A stretch of DNA of 64,000 nt from Thermoplasmatota archaeon (GTDB lineage: Archaea; Thermoplasmatota; JAKEGO01), in the NCBI GenBank assembly GCA_028279595.1, contig JANQNK010000006.1:137951-201950 (forward strand), given 5' to 3'. The notes under the pieces were generated by a model. The model had not been told where the DNA came from and searched no databases. It was given only the letters and a program-made list of their open reading frames with translations. Shown here piece by piece: positions 28,174 to 37,422 of the stretch (position 1 is the first letter of the stretch; each line of letters begins with the position of its first letter). Position numbers and translations under genes: made by a program.

Positions 28174-28644
28174 GTGAAGGTACTCTATCTCGGGAGGTTC
28201 CAGCCCTTCCACAACGGGCACGCCGCGGTCCTTGACCTCCTTGCTGGCGAGGACGTCATTCTCGGGATCGGGTCAGCGAACCTCGAGGTCGTATCTGAAA
28301 ATCCGTTCACATACCAGGAACGAATGGAGATGGTCCTTCGGAGCGGATACCGGACATACATCATGCTACCGATCGCTGACATCAACGACTACCCGAGATG
28401 GGTCAAGCATGTCGAGACCCTCGTCCCGAAGTTCGACTCGGTCGTCACGAACAATCCGAGGGACAGGGAACTGTTCTCGAACGCGGGTTACCCTCTGCAC
28501 GAGGTCCCGGTCGTCAACAGGGACGAGTTCAACGGGACCTATATACGGAAATTGATGTCCGAGGGAAGGCCATGGAAGCATCTCGTCCCGGCTGGGACCG
28601 TCAGCGTCATCGACAACATCGACCTGGCTGAGAGGTTCTCCTGA
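28174..28644 (+). CDS. nadM: Nicotinamide-nucleotide adenylyltransferase
   Basis: GRFQPFHNGH, GIGSA, NPFTYQER, NGTYIR and WKHLVP. Confidence 0.9.
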   Translation: MKVLYLGRFQPFHNGHAAVLDLLAGEDVILGIGSANLEVVSENPFTYQERMEMVLRSGYRTYIMLPIADINDYPRWVKHVETLVPKFDSVVTNNPRDRELFSNAGYPLHEVPVVNRDEFNGTYIRKLMSEGRPWKHLVPAGTVSVIDNIDLAERFS

Positions 28645-28650
28645 ACCGGG

Positions 28651-29916
28651 CTAGGGGAATATGCCCCTGAGCTCTATCGCCTTGGCCATTTTGTCGAGGG
28701 AGATCATGAACGCGGAGTCGCGCATAGATACGTCCTTCTCCTTGGAGAGCTCCCATACGTCGTTGAAGCTCGAGAGCATGATGTTCTTGAGGTTCGCATT
28801 GACCTCGTCGACTCCCCAGAAGAAGGATTGGATACCCTGAACCCATTCGAAGTAGGAGACTATCACTCCACCGCTGTTCGCGAGGATGTCGGGCACGACG
28901 GTGGTACCCTTCTCGTTCAGAATGCTATCACCATTCTTGGAGATGGGACCGTTCGCGCCTTCGACGATGATGTCAGCGGATATGGAATCCGCGTTGCCGC
29001 TGTGGACCTGATTCTCAAGAGCAGCCGGTATTAGGACGTCCACGTCGAGGGCAAGGAGGGAATCGTTGTCGATGGTGTTGAAGCCCTGACATTCGGGATG
29101 ATTGCAGAGGAGCGGTCTGTCCTCCGTCTCCACGAAATTCATAAGTGAGGGAATGTCAAGGCCGTCGGGATCGTAGTATCCAGCGGATACGTCAGATATT
29201 GCGACGATCTTCGATCCCTTCTCGTGGAGAAGCTGGGCAGCGACTGAACCGACATTCCCGAAACCCTGGATGGCCACCGTTGTACCCTTAGGGTCCTTTC
29301 CGAGTCGGTCGAGCACCTCGACGGTGTTGAGCATGACACCCCTACCGGTGGCCTCCCTTCTTCCGAGAGATCCTCCAAGGTCGAGCGGTTTTCCGGTGAC
29401 GATGTCAAGAACTGTCTTCCCCTCGTACATACTGACGGCGTCCATGATCCATCCCATCGTTTGGGCGTCAGTGAACACATCGGGTGCGGGTATGTCTCGC
29501 CTCGGGCCGATGATAGGGAGGATCATTGCGATGTATCTCTTGGTGAGCCTCTGGAGCTCTTTGTTGGAGAGTCCGGTGGGATCACATGTTATCCCGCCCT
29601 TCGCTCCGCCGAACGGGACGTTCGCGACCGCGCACTTGAACGACATTAGGGCGGCCAGGGCTCTTACCTCGTCCAGGTCCGTAGCTGGATGATAACGGAT
29701 CCCACCCTTGCACGGTCCCCTTGCGCCGGAATGTTGGACCCGGTATCCCGTGAAGACCTCGATGTCCCCGTCGTCCTTCTCGATGGGGACTCCGACCGTC
29801 AGCTCTCGCTCTGGCTGTCTGAGCATCTTGTGGACACCCTTGTCGAGGGATATCCTCTCGGCGGTCACATCGATCTGTTCGAGCACGCTGTCATAGAACG
29901 ACTGAACCATACTCAT
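28651..29916 (-). CDS. gdhA: Glutamate dehydrogenase
   Basis: GPCKGGIRYHP, GGAKGG, DIPAPDV, QGFGNVG, EGANGP and PDILANSGGVIVSYFEW. Confidence 0.95.
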   Translation of the reverse strand: MSMVQSFYDSVLEQIDVTAERISLDKGVHKMLRQPERELTVGVPIEKDDGDIEVFTGYRVQHSGARGPCKGGIRYHPATDLDEVRALAALMSFKCAVANVPFGGAKGGITCDPTGLSNKELQRLTKRYIAMILPIIGPRRDIPAPDVFTDAQTMGWIMDAVSMYEGKTVLDIVTGKPLDLGGSLGRREATGRGVMLNTVEVLDRLGKDPKGTTVAIQGFGNVGSVAAQLLHEKGSKIVAISDVSAGYYDPDGLDIPSLMNFVETEDRPLLCNHPECQGFNTIDNDSLLALDVDVLIPAALENQVHSGNADSISADIIVEGANGPISKNGDSILNEKGTTVVPDILANSGGVIVSYFEWVQGIQSFFWGVDEVNANLKNIMLSSFNDVWELSKEKDVSMRDSAFMISLDKMAKAIELRGIFP

Positions 29917-29987
29917 CGCTCCTGTCCTTGGAATGGGTGAAAACTTTGCGAATATAAATCTTTGGGACTAACAGAGGAAGGCCGGAT

Positions 29988-30698
29988 TCAAACACCTAGA
30001 AGAACGATAGCCAATCCGGCTGCTGCGATAGTACCGCCGGACATCGCATGGATGAACCTGTCAGCACCTGGAACCTTGACCCGCGCCAGACCGACCGTGG
30101 AAACGTAGACCATAGTGAGCATTGTGGCTATCGTAGCGATACCGAAGACGAGAGAAACAAGAACAACGCCGAAGATACTGTTCTGCATGGCAGGGAACAT
30201 CAGGATCGGAATGAGCGGTTCACAAGGGCCGAAGAGGAATATCGTGAATAGCGCCCAAGGAACGATGTTGCCCTTCGTCTTCGTGTGGGCATGAAGGTGA
30301 CCGCGAGTGTGCCGATGTCGATGAACGTGGCTCCTCCCATCCTTATGAACGTGCTTGTGTACGTGTTCCGTCTTCCTGAATGCTCTTTTCATACCCCAGG
30401 CGAAATAGACTAGGCCAAATGTGATCAGACCCCACGCGGCGATCTCACCCCTGATCGATTCGACACCGACAAGGCTTGTAAGCGCAATTCCTGCTGCGAT
30501 CCCGATGGTGCCAATGACTATCGAACTGGTGACGTGGCCGATACCGGAAATTCCTGTGATGAACATCGTCTTGCGAAGCGACCAGTTCCTTGCCTTCGAC
30601 ATCATTATGAATGGTACGTAGTGGTCCGGACCGAACAGAGTGTGGAAGAAGCCCAAGAAGGCTGCTGTGAAGGTCAGCACTATCAGATCCTGAGACAT
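29988..30698 (-). CDS. Nickel/cobalt transporter-like membrane protein (UreH/RcnA-like, NiCoT family)
   Basis: HTLFGPDH motif, His-rich loop HVHKHVH...HRHRH, GPCEPL and about 6 TM helices. Confidence 0.85.
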   Translation of the reverse strand: MSQDLIVLTFTAAFLGFFHTLFGPDHYVPFIMMSKARNWSLRKTMFITGISGIGHVTSSIVIGTIGIAAGIALTSLVGVESIRGEIAAWGLITFGLVYFAWGMKRAFRKTEHVHKHVHKDGRSHVHRHRHTRGHLHAHTKTKGNIVPWALFTIFLFGPCEPLIPILMFPAMQNSIFGVVLVSLVFGIATIATMLTMVYVSTVGLARVKVPGADRFIHAMSGGTIAAAGLAIVLLGV

Positions 30699-30806
30699 GT
30701 GATGGTATCATGTATTTCTCGTTTATTATAATTTGCTAAATATAGAACAATTGGGCAAGACCGATGATGATTAATATCATTTGACGTATAAGAAATCGGG
30801 ACCGAT

Positions 30807-31367
30807 ATGAGAATAAAGCGAGACAACAGAGGTTACTCGGACAAGATAGAGGTATTGATGATCGCTGTTATCGTCCTGGTCGTCAACGTTGCTTTCTTCT
30901 ATGTAGGAGGATACTTCAACGAGAAGGGGTCGGTAACACTGTTTCCAGCTCCTGACCCATTGGTACGTTATGAGTCAAATATGACTTTCGAAGGAAACCA
31001 ATCAGAAGGGAACAGTACATTCTACAATCTCACTCTGAACAAGACCTCAATATGTTATATTAATCTCTCTTGGGAGGACGAGGACCATGGAGGGATGTGG
31101 GAGAACGAACCAGATCGATTCTCATTAGAGGTTACAGACCCGATAAATGAAACCGAAAGGGAAGAAGAAGAGAATGAGATCGGTAAGGAGGGCCGGATCG
31201 AGATCATTTTCGATTATCAACCATATTCTATGTTTCCAGGAAATTGGTCCTTAAATGTAACATTGGAGGAGGCAGGAGATTCATGGGCGGTAGGTGTACC
31301 CTCCGTCGGAATTGAGGACAACTACTGTAATTACACATTGGAGATCAACATGGTCGATTTCAGGTGA
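30807..31367 (+). CDS. Membrane-anchored secreted protein with possible class III signal peptide
   Basis: MRIKRDNRG|YS followed by a hydrophobic helix. Many NxS/T sequons; lower GC than neighbours. Confidence 0.75.
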   Translation: MRIKRDNRGYSDKIEVLMIAVIVLVVNVAFFYVGGYFNEKGSVTLFPAPDPLVRYESNMTFEGNQSEGNSTFYNLTLNKTSICYINLSWEDEDHGGMWENEPDRFSLEVTDPINETEREEEENEIGKEGRIEIIFDYQPYSMFPGNWSLNVTLEEAGDSWAVGVPSVGIEDNYCNYTLEINMVDFR

Positions 31368-31398
31368 TCGGCCTGGATATTCTCAATATCGACGTGAA

Positions 31399-31707
31399 TC
31401 AAATGATGGGATCTGTGTCTAGACCGGACCGTTTTACTCGCTCTGCTGTATAGTCCCAGCATTTCTGGAACCGTTCCAGGGTCTCCTCGTCCACGTCGAC
31501 GTCCTCCCTCTTGATGAGTTCGAAATCACCGCAGATCGATTCCCAGAACTTGAACATCACTGCCTGATCATGGATCCCAGCGGGGGATCTCTTCAAACGC
31601 TCGAACTTCTCGATGAGTTGCATTACCTCCGCTGTCATCTCTTCCCCGGAATGCACATCCTCGGTCAGACGAATCCCCACTATCAATCGTTGAGAAGGTT
31701 TATACAC
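31399..31707 (-). CDS. Hypothetical protein
   Basis: ORF with uncertain start (may begin at the internal MTAEV). Confidence 0.6.
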   Translation of the reverse strand: MYKPSQRLIVGIRLTEDVHSGEEMTAEVMQLIEKFERLKRSPAGIHDQAVMFKFWESICGDFELIKREDVDVDEETLERFQKCWDYTAERVKRSGLDTDPII

Positions 31708-31886
31708 TTTTTCCCGACAGGACCAGTTCTTAATATTAATATTATTTATGTCAATGAAAAATTTATCATGTTCAAGGCAAGATAAGAATTCGGCCCGGAC
31801 GGAGCTCGATGCTTAAGAACCAATTAATCTGTTATATTAACATCGAGCGAGGCCGGGCCCACCTTCTCCTATTAACTTTTAAGAAA

Positions 31887-31963
31887 TGGTGGGCCCGGCC
31901 GGATTCGAACCGGCGACCAACAGGTTATGAGCCTGTCGCTCCGCCAGGCTAAGCTACGGGCCC
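31887..31963 (-). tRNA. tRNA-Ile2 (CAT anticodon, agmatidine type); CCA encoded
   Basis: GGGCCCGTAGCTTAG...ACAGG CT CAT AA CCTGT...GGTTCGAATCC...CGGGCCCACCA. The GGGCCC acceptor stem favours Ile2 over Met. Confidence 0.9.
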
Positions 31964-31966
31964 AAG

Positions 31967-32039
31967 CGCCGTCGATCGGGTTCGAACCGATGACCTCTCG
32001 GTTAACAGCCGAGTGCTCCACCTGCTAAGCTACGACGGC
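31967..32039 (-). tRNA. tRNA-Asn (GTT)
   Basis: GCCGTCGTAGCTTAG...CTCGG CT GTT AA CCGAG...GGTTCGAACCC...CGACGGCG. Lies 3 nt upstream of tRNA-Ile2. Confidence 0.96.
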
Positions 32040-32202
32040 ACAATCGAGCCCACTATATTGAGGTTGGTTATAAATCTTACCGTTGGAGCGGTTCGGATTC
32101 CGTTTCGAAAAACGGCGAAATCAACCTTCAAAACTACCGTAATCCATCAAAAAGAGGATAATCTTAAAATAACCGTCATCCATTCTGGAGGGAGGTGACA
32201 TA

Positions 32203-32370
32203 ATGATTGTCAAGAAGGCAGAGGTGAAGGCTATAGCTAGCGAGCGCAACTACAGGGTCTCGAAGGAGTTCTACGAGGTCCTGGACAACAAGGTGCTCGA
32301 GATGGTCGAGAACGCGATCATCCGTGCCAGCAACAATGGCCGTAAGACCCTGCAGGGTTACGATATCTGA
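32203..32370 (+). CDS. Short histone-fold protein (alpha3-truncated, face-to-face/DUF1931-like)
   Basis: Absent from the track. Perfect GGAGGTGA SD. MIVKKAEVKAIASERNYRVSKEFYEVLDNKVLEMVENAIIRASNNGRKTLQGYDI carries RVS and RKTxxxxD histone-fold motifs. Confidence 0.88.
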   Translation: MIVKKAEVKAIASERNYRVSKEFYEVLDNKVLEMVENAIIRASNNGRKTLQGYDI

Positions 32371-32381
32371 GACCCCTGGAT

Positions 32382-32455
32382 GCCACCGTAGCTTAGCCCG
32401 GAAGAGCGGCTGACTTGTAATCAGCAGGTCGGGGGTTCAAATCCCTCCGGTGGCT
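32382..32455 (+). tRNA. tRNA-Thr (TGT)
   Basis: GCCACCGTAGCTTAG...GCTGA CT TGT AA TCAGC...GGTTCAAATCC...CGGTGGCT. Confidence 0.96.
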
Positions 32456-32575
32456 CCTTCACGGGGTCACCGGGGAGCGGTCCGCGGTTATTATGTGGAT
32501 GCGTGGACCGATGGGCCCGAGCCCTGCTCCATTCGGACCAATCAGTTATAAATACGGAATCGGGGATGGATTCTC

Positions 32576-33775
32576 ATGCACCCGTCAGGGGACATCAGGG
32601 GGGTCACCAGCGACCTCCTCCTGGGAAAGCGCATCATTCTCGGAGTCACAGGCAGCGTCGCTGCCGTCAAGTGTGTCGAGCTCGCTCACGAACTAATCAG
32701 ACATGGTGCCGATGTGATCCCTGTCATGTCCCGCAGCGCGACCAGGATAATCCATCCGGATGCGCTCGGTTACGCTACTGGACACATGCCGATCGTGGAA
32801 CTAACAGGTGAGATAGAACATGTGGCACTCGCCGGGGACAGGGAGGACAGTGCAGACCTATTCCTGGTCGCTCCCGCCACCGCGAATACGATATCCAAGA
32901 TGGCGTACGGCATCGACGATACGGCCGTGACTACTGTGGCGACCACCGCCATCGGTTCAGGGATGAAGGTCGTGGTCGTACCGGCCATGCACGGTTCAAT
33001 GCAAAGGCATCCGGGGGTTTCCGAGGCCATTGCCCGATTGAAGACCTGGGGAATACAGGTCGTCGATCCTGTCATCTCGGAAGGCAAGGCCAAGTTCCCG
33101 GCCGTGGAGACGGTTGCCGCTCATGTCATCCGTGCAGCGGGCAACGTCCCGGATCTGTCGGGGAAGCGCGGACTCGTCGTATCGGGACCGACCTACGAGA
33201 TGATCGACGGGTTCAGGGCTGTCACCAACCTCTCAACCGGGAACTCAGGGCGGGCACTCGCAAGGTGGGGTTTCTACTGCGGGGCAGATGTCCAGATGTG
33301 GAGGTCGAACCCTCCAGACGTTCCCTTCATCGAGTCCAGACCCTTCAGGTCCGTCGACGACCTGCTCGACATGGTCAGATCCGCGGACTTCGACTTCGTG
33401 ATCATGGTGGCCGCAGTCTCCGACTTCAAGCCGACAAGGACGGCGGGGAAGATCCCCTCGGATACGGGATTCGATCTCAGGATGGAACCAACCCCCAAGG
33501 TCATCGATGAACTGCGATCCAAGACCAAGTTCTTGGTCGGTTTCAAGGCCCTCGTCGGCGCAAGTGAATCCACTCTCCGAGATACCGGTTACGAGAAGCT
33601 GATGTCATCGGACCTCGACCTTGTCGTGGCGAACGATGTCGACCGGGTCATGCCCGATGACACCGAGTGCGTGGTCATCACCAAAGACGGCCGAGGGCAT
33701 CCGTTCAGAGGTAACAAGGACGGCCTCGCGAGACTGGTCTACGAAGAGATCGCAAAGGGTATCGGCGGCACCTGA
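32576..33775 (+). CDS. coaBC: Phosphopantothenoylcysteine decarboxylase / phosphopantothenate-cysteine ligase
   Basis: LGVTGSVAA, APATANTISK, PAMH, GPTYEMID...TNLSTG, AAVSDF, LVGFK and VVANDV. Confidence 0.95.
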   Translation: MHPSGDIRGVTSDLLLGKRIILGVTGSVAAVKCVELAHELIRHGADVIPVMSRSATRIIHPDALGYATGHMPIVELTGEIEHVALAGDREDSADLFLVAPATANTISKMAYGIDDTAVTTVATTAIGSGMKVVVVPAMHGSMQRHPGVSEAIARLKTWGIQVVDPVISEGKAKFPAVETVAAHVIRAAGNVPDLSGKRGLVVSGPTYEMIDGFRAVTNLSTGNSGRALARWGFYCGADVQMWRSNPPDVPFIESRPFRSVDDLLDMVRSADFDFVIMVAAVSDFKPTRTAGKIPSDTGFDLRMEPTPKVIDELRSKTKFLVGFKALVGASESTLRDTGYEKLMSSDLDLVVANDVDRVMPDDTECVVITKDGRGHPFRGNKDGLARLVYEEIAKGIGGT

Positions 33776-33844
33776 AGGACCGTCCCAGAACGTTCGCCAA
33801 AGGCTTTTTAAACGAGGGCATTATACCAGGCCCGAGGGAGCGCT

Positions 33845-34996
33845 ATGAGGCTGGAATTCACCAAGGAACAGGAGCTGATAAGGCGTACGGTAAAGGACTT
33901 CGTGGACACGGAGATCGTTCCTAACGCATCGGAGCTCATGGAGACCGCCAGGTTCCCCCTTGACATCATGAAGAAGGCAGGCGACATATCCCTCATGGGC
34001 ATGACGATACCGCAGAAGTACGGCGGATCGGGCATGGACCGCGTCAGTTACTGCCTCGCCCTCGAGGAACTTGCACGAGGGAATGCCGGTATCGGCCTTA
34101 CCATCGAAGCTCACAATTCACTCGCCGTCGCTCACATCTACGAGAACGGGAACGAGGAGCAGAGGGAGAAGTATGTTCCCAAGCTCGCCCAGGGTGAGCA
34201 TCTTGGCGCATGGGCGCTCACCGAACCCGGAGCAGGTTCCGACGCAGCCGCCACGAAGACCACCGCGGTCAAGGAAGGCGACGAGTACGTGATCAACGGG
34301 TCCAAGACCTTCATCACGAACGCAAGCGAGTCCGAGGTAATGGTGATCATGGCGATGACCGACGTGTCGGCAGGGGCCAAGGGGATCAGCGCGTTCATAG
34401 TGGAACGCGACACCCCGGGACTCGAGTTCGGCAAGGACGAGGACAAGCTCGGCCTTCGCAACAGCGTCACGTCCGAACTGTTCTTCACCAATATGCGCGT
34501 CCCCGAGGAGAACAGGATAGGACCCGAGGGCATGGGATTCATCGGTGCGATGATGATACTCGACCGGGGCAGGACCGCTGTCGGAGCATTATCCGTCGGT
34601 TGCGCACGGGCAGCTCTCGAGGACAGCACCAAATACTCGCTCGAGAGGGAGCAGTTCGGCAGGCCCATTGCGAAGTTCCAGGCGATCCAATGGAAGCTCG
34701 CCGAGATGGCCACGAAGATCGAGGCAGCACGTTCCCTGACACTGCACGCCGCTCAGCTCGAGGATCTTGGAAGGCCCTTTACCATGGAGGCGAGCATGGC
34801 CAAGCTATACGCTTCCGAGATAGCGATGTGGGCAACCACAGAGGGGATCCAGATCCATGGTGGATATGGTTACACGAAGGATTACTCCGCCGAGCGATAC
34901 TTCAGGGACGCGAAGCTCATGCAGATCGGCGAGGGGACCTCCGAGGTCCAGAGGCTCGTCATAGCAAGGGAGCTCCTCAGGAAGATGCAGCGTTAG
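33845..34996 (+). CDS. Acyl-CoA dehydrogenase
   Basis: [35 protein letters not shown] and [10 protein letters not shown]. Confidence 0.95.
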   Translation: MRLEFTKEQELIRRTVKDFVDTEIVPNASELMETARFPLDIMKKAGDISLMGMTIPQKYGGSGMDRVSYCLALEELARGNAGIGLTIEAHNSLAVAHIYENGNEEQREKYVPKLAQGEHLGAWALTEPGAGSDAAATKTTAVKEGDEYVINGSKTFITNASESEVMVIMAMTDVSAGAKGISAFIVERDTPGLEFGKDEDKLGLRNSVTSELFFTNMRVPEENRIGPEGMGFIGAMMILDRGRTAVGALSVGCARAALEDSTKYSLEREQFGRPIAKFQAIQWKLAEMATKIEAARSLTLHAAQLEDLGRPFTMEASMAKLYASEIAMWATTEGIQIHGGYGYTKDYSAERYFRDAKLMQIGEGTSEVQRLVIARELLRKMQR

Positions 34997-35101
34997 GCCC
35001 GCAATTCGATCTCCCTTTCTCCATTCCCCATATCATCCACAGGTGACCATGGGTGGGCGGGAAGGCAATCGGCAGGACGATGCCGGGAAAATCCAATATC
35101 A

Positions 35102-37390
35102 CTATCCCATCCTGTCGTGCATGTACCGGTTCCAGGACTCTCTTATGTCCTCGACGGCCAAAGATACGATCCTGCCATCCCTCGAGATGTTCAGATCGCC
35201 GCCGGTAGTGCCGATCCTCCGGGCCGGGACCGAACCGAAATGGTTCACGAAGGAATCGACCTGGTCGTCTGGAATCTCAACAAGCCACCGCGTGTTGCTC
35301 TCCGAGAAGAGGACGTAATCGTTGCGCAGGTTCTCGAGCGGTGAGAGGTCGACATCGACGCCGCGGTTCCCGGCGATCGCCATCTCAGCCAGCGCCACCG
35401 CCAGTCCGCCGTCGGAAAGGTCGTGTATCGAAAGGACATCGAAGTCCTTCACAGCAGAGTTCATCTTCTCGGCGCTTGTCACGAGGTTCCCGATATCCAC
35501 CCTCGGGACCTTGCCCTGGGATCCCAGGAGCCTGTAGTACTGCGATCCTCCCATCTCGATCGCCGTCGACCCGATCAGCATCAATGCGTTCCCGTCCTCC
35601 TTCAGTGACATCGATACAGCATCCCTCACGTCCTCGACTATGCCTATCCCGATGACGGTCGGGGTCGGAGGTATCGGACCTGATGGTGTCTCGTTGTAGA
35701 AGCTGACGTTTCCAGAGACGAAAGGAAGCTCGAGGGCCCTTGCGACGTCCGAGAAGCCCCGAAGCACCTCACGGAACTCGCCCATCCTCATGGGATTCTC
35801 GGGATTTCCGAAGTTGAGGCAGTCGCATAGGGTATGAGGTCGCGCACCTACCGCCACGAGGTTACGAACGGTCTCGTCGATGGTCGAGCATGCGCCCCAG
35901 TATGGATGAAGCCTGACCATCTCCGGGTTCACATCGGAAGTGACAGCAAGTCCGCGGAAGGAATGCTCGAGGGGTTTCAGGACAGCGGAATCCCCGGGCC
36001 CCTCGTGACCGGGAGCACCCTGCATCGGCGTGAGGACCGTGTTCGCCCTGACCTGGTGATCGTACTGCCTGATCACCCATTCCCTGCTGGCGATGTTGGG
36101 TGACGAGAGTAAGGAGAGGACCATCGTGCTGTAGTCGACCGGTTCGTCGACCGCATCGTGCCTCTCCGCGGGTATCGGCTGTGTGAACGGCCTCAGGTAC
36201 TCGGGACCACCGGTGTAGAAACCGAGGTCGAGGTCAAGGACCGGTTCGCCGTGATATCTCACCTTGATGTGCCTTCCAGGGATCGTCTTTCCGATCGCGA
36301 CGGCCGGCACGTCCCATGTGTCGAAGAGTGCGAGAAGGTCGTTTAGCTTCGATTTCGTGCATGTCATGGCCATGCGTTCCTGACTCTCGCTGATCCATAT
36401 CTCCCACGGTGCCATTCCTTCGACCCGGAGATGAACGTTCTCCAGATCGACCTGTGCGCCGCATCCGGCTGCATAGGCCATCTCGCCTATACATGATGAG
36501 AGTCCACCTCCGCCGAGGTCCTTCATTCCGATGGCAAGACCCCGTTCGAGTGCGTCGAGACAGGCGTGAATGAGCGGTTCCTTGGTTATCGGATCGCCTA
36601 ACTGAACGGCTCCTATGTCCTCCTCGGCCGAACTCTCGTCGAGGACCTCTGACGCGAACGTAACCCCGTGGATACCGTCCCTGCCAGTTCCTCCGCCGGC
36701 CAGGACGAATATCTCGTCCGGTCCTCCGGCCGCTGAATGGACGACATGGTCGGTCCTTGCGATCCCCACGCAACCCACGTTCACGAGACAGTTGCCGGTG
36801 AAACCCTCATGGAAGTTGACCATTCCTGAAACGGTCGGTATTCCAACGCGATTGCCGTAGTCCGCGATCCCGTCGACGACGCGTCTGAATAGATACTTCG
36901 GATGCTTGACACCCTCTGGAAGTGATTCGAACTGTGCTTCGAGCGGGCCGAAGAAGAGCGGATCGATAAGTATTATCGGTTGAGCGCCCATGCAGACGAC
37001 GTCCCTCAGGATCCCACCGATCCCCGTCGCCGCCCCGCCGTAGGGCTCCACCGCTGAAGGATGATTGTGACTTTCGAAACCAACGACATAGACATGCTCA
37101 TCGTCAAAACGGACGACGCCTGCGTCCTCGTTCATCATGAAATCATCCGATGGGATGTTGAAAACGTACTGTTTAAGGAAGGTCTTCGAACTCTTGTAGC
37201 ACGAGTGTTCCGACCACGCCTGGCCCAGCGCCTGCAGCTCCATATCGGTGGCGGTCCTGCCCTCCGCGGCGAAGTAATCGCGGATCCGACGCATCTCGTC
37301 GAGATCGAGGGCCAGTCCCATCTCTTGAGAGAGTGCCAGGAGCTTGTCGTCGGCCAGTTTTCCCAGGTCTATCTGGGTCACAGTGGTCAT
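35102..37390 (-). CDS. purL: Phosphoribosylformylglycinamidine synthase subunit PurL
   Basis: WSEHSCYKSS, ESHNHPS, GAATGIGGILRD, SESQERM, QYDHQV and SGNVSFYN. Start reassigned to ATG 37390. Confidence 0.96.
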   Translation of the reverse strand: MTTVTQIDLGKLADDKLLALSQEMGLALDLDEMRRIRDYFAAEGRTATDMELQALGQAWSEHSCYKSSKTFLKQYVFNIPSDDFMMNEDAGVVRFDDEHVYVVGFESHNHPSAVEPYGGAATGIGGILRDVVCMGAQPIILIDPLFFGPLEAQFESLPEGVKHPKYLFRRVVDGIADYGNRVGIPTVSGMVNFHEGFTGNCLVNVGCVGIARTDHVVHSAAGGPDEIFVLAGGGTGRDGIHGVTFASEVLDESSAEEDIGAVQLGDPITKEPLIHACLDALERGLAIGMKDLGGGGLSSCIGEMAYAAGCGAQVDLENVHLRVEGMAPWEIWISESQERMAMTCTKSKLNDLLALFDTWDVPAVAIGKTIPGRHIKVRYHGEPVLDLDLGFYTGGPEYLRPFTQPIPAERHDAVDEPVDYSTMVLSLLSSPNIASREWVIRQYDHQVRANTVLTPMQGAPGHEGPGDSAVLKPLEHSFRGLAVTSDVNPEMVRLHPYWGACSTIDETVRNLVAVGARPHTLCDCLNFGNPENPMRMGEFREVLRGFSDVARALELPFVSGNVSFYNETPSGPIPPTPTVIGIGIVEDVRDAVSMSLKEDGNALMLIGSTAIEMGGSQYYRLLGSQGKVPRVDIGNLVTSAEKMNSAVKDFDVLSIHDLSDGGLAVALAEMAIAGNRGVDVDLSPLENLRNDYVLFSESNTRWLVEIPDDQVDSFVNHFGSVPARRIGTTGGDLNISRDGRIVSLAVEDIRESWNRYMHDRMG

Positions 37391-37422
37391 GGTCCCTGCA
37401 CCGAGGTCTCCATAGATAAGTC

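Noticed and set aside
31887-31963. tRNA-Met call for the CAT anticodon
   Set aside because: It lacks the initiator A1-U72 pair and three G-C anticodon-stem pairs. The GGGCCC acceptor and linkage to tRNA-Asn fit Ile2 better, though elongator Met is not fully excluded.
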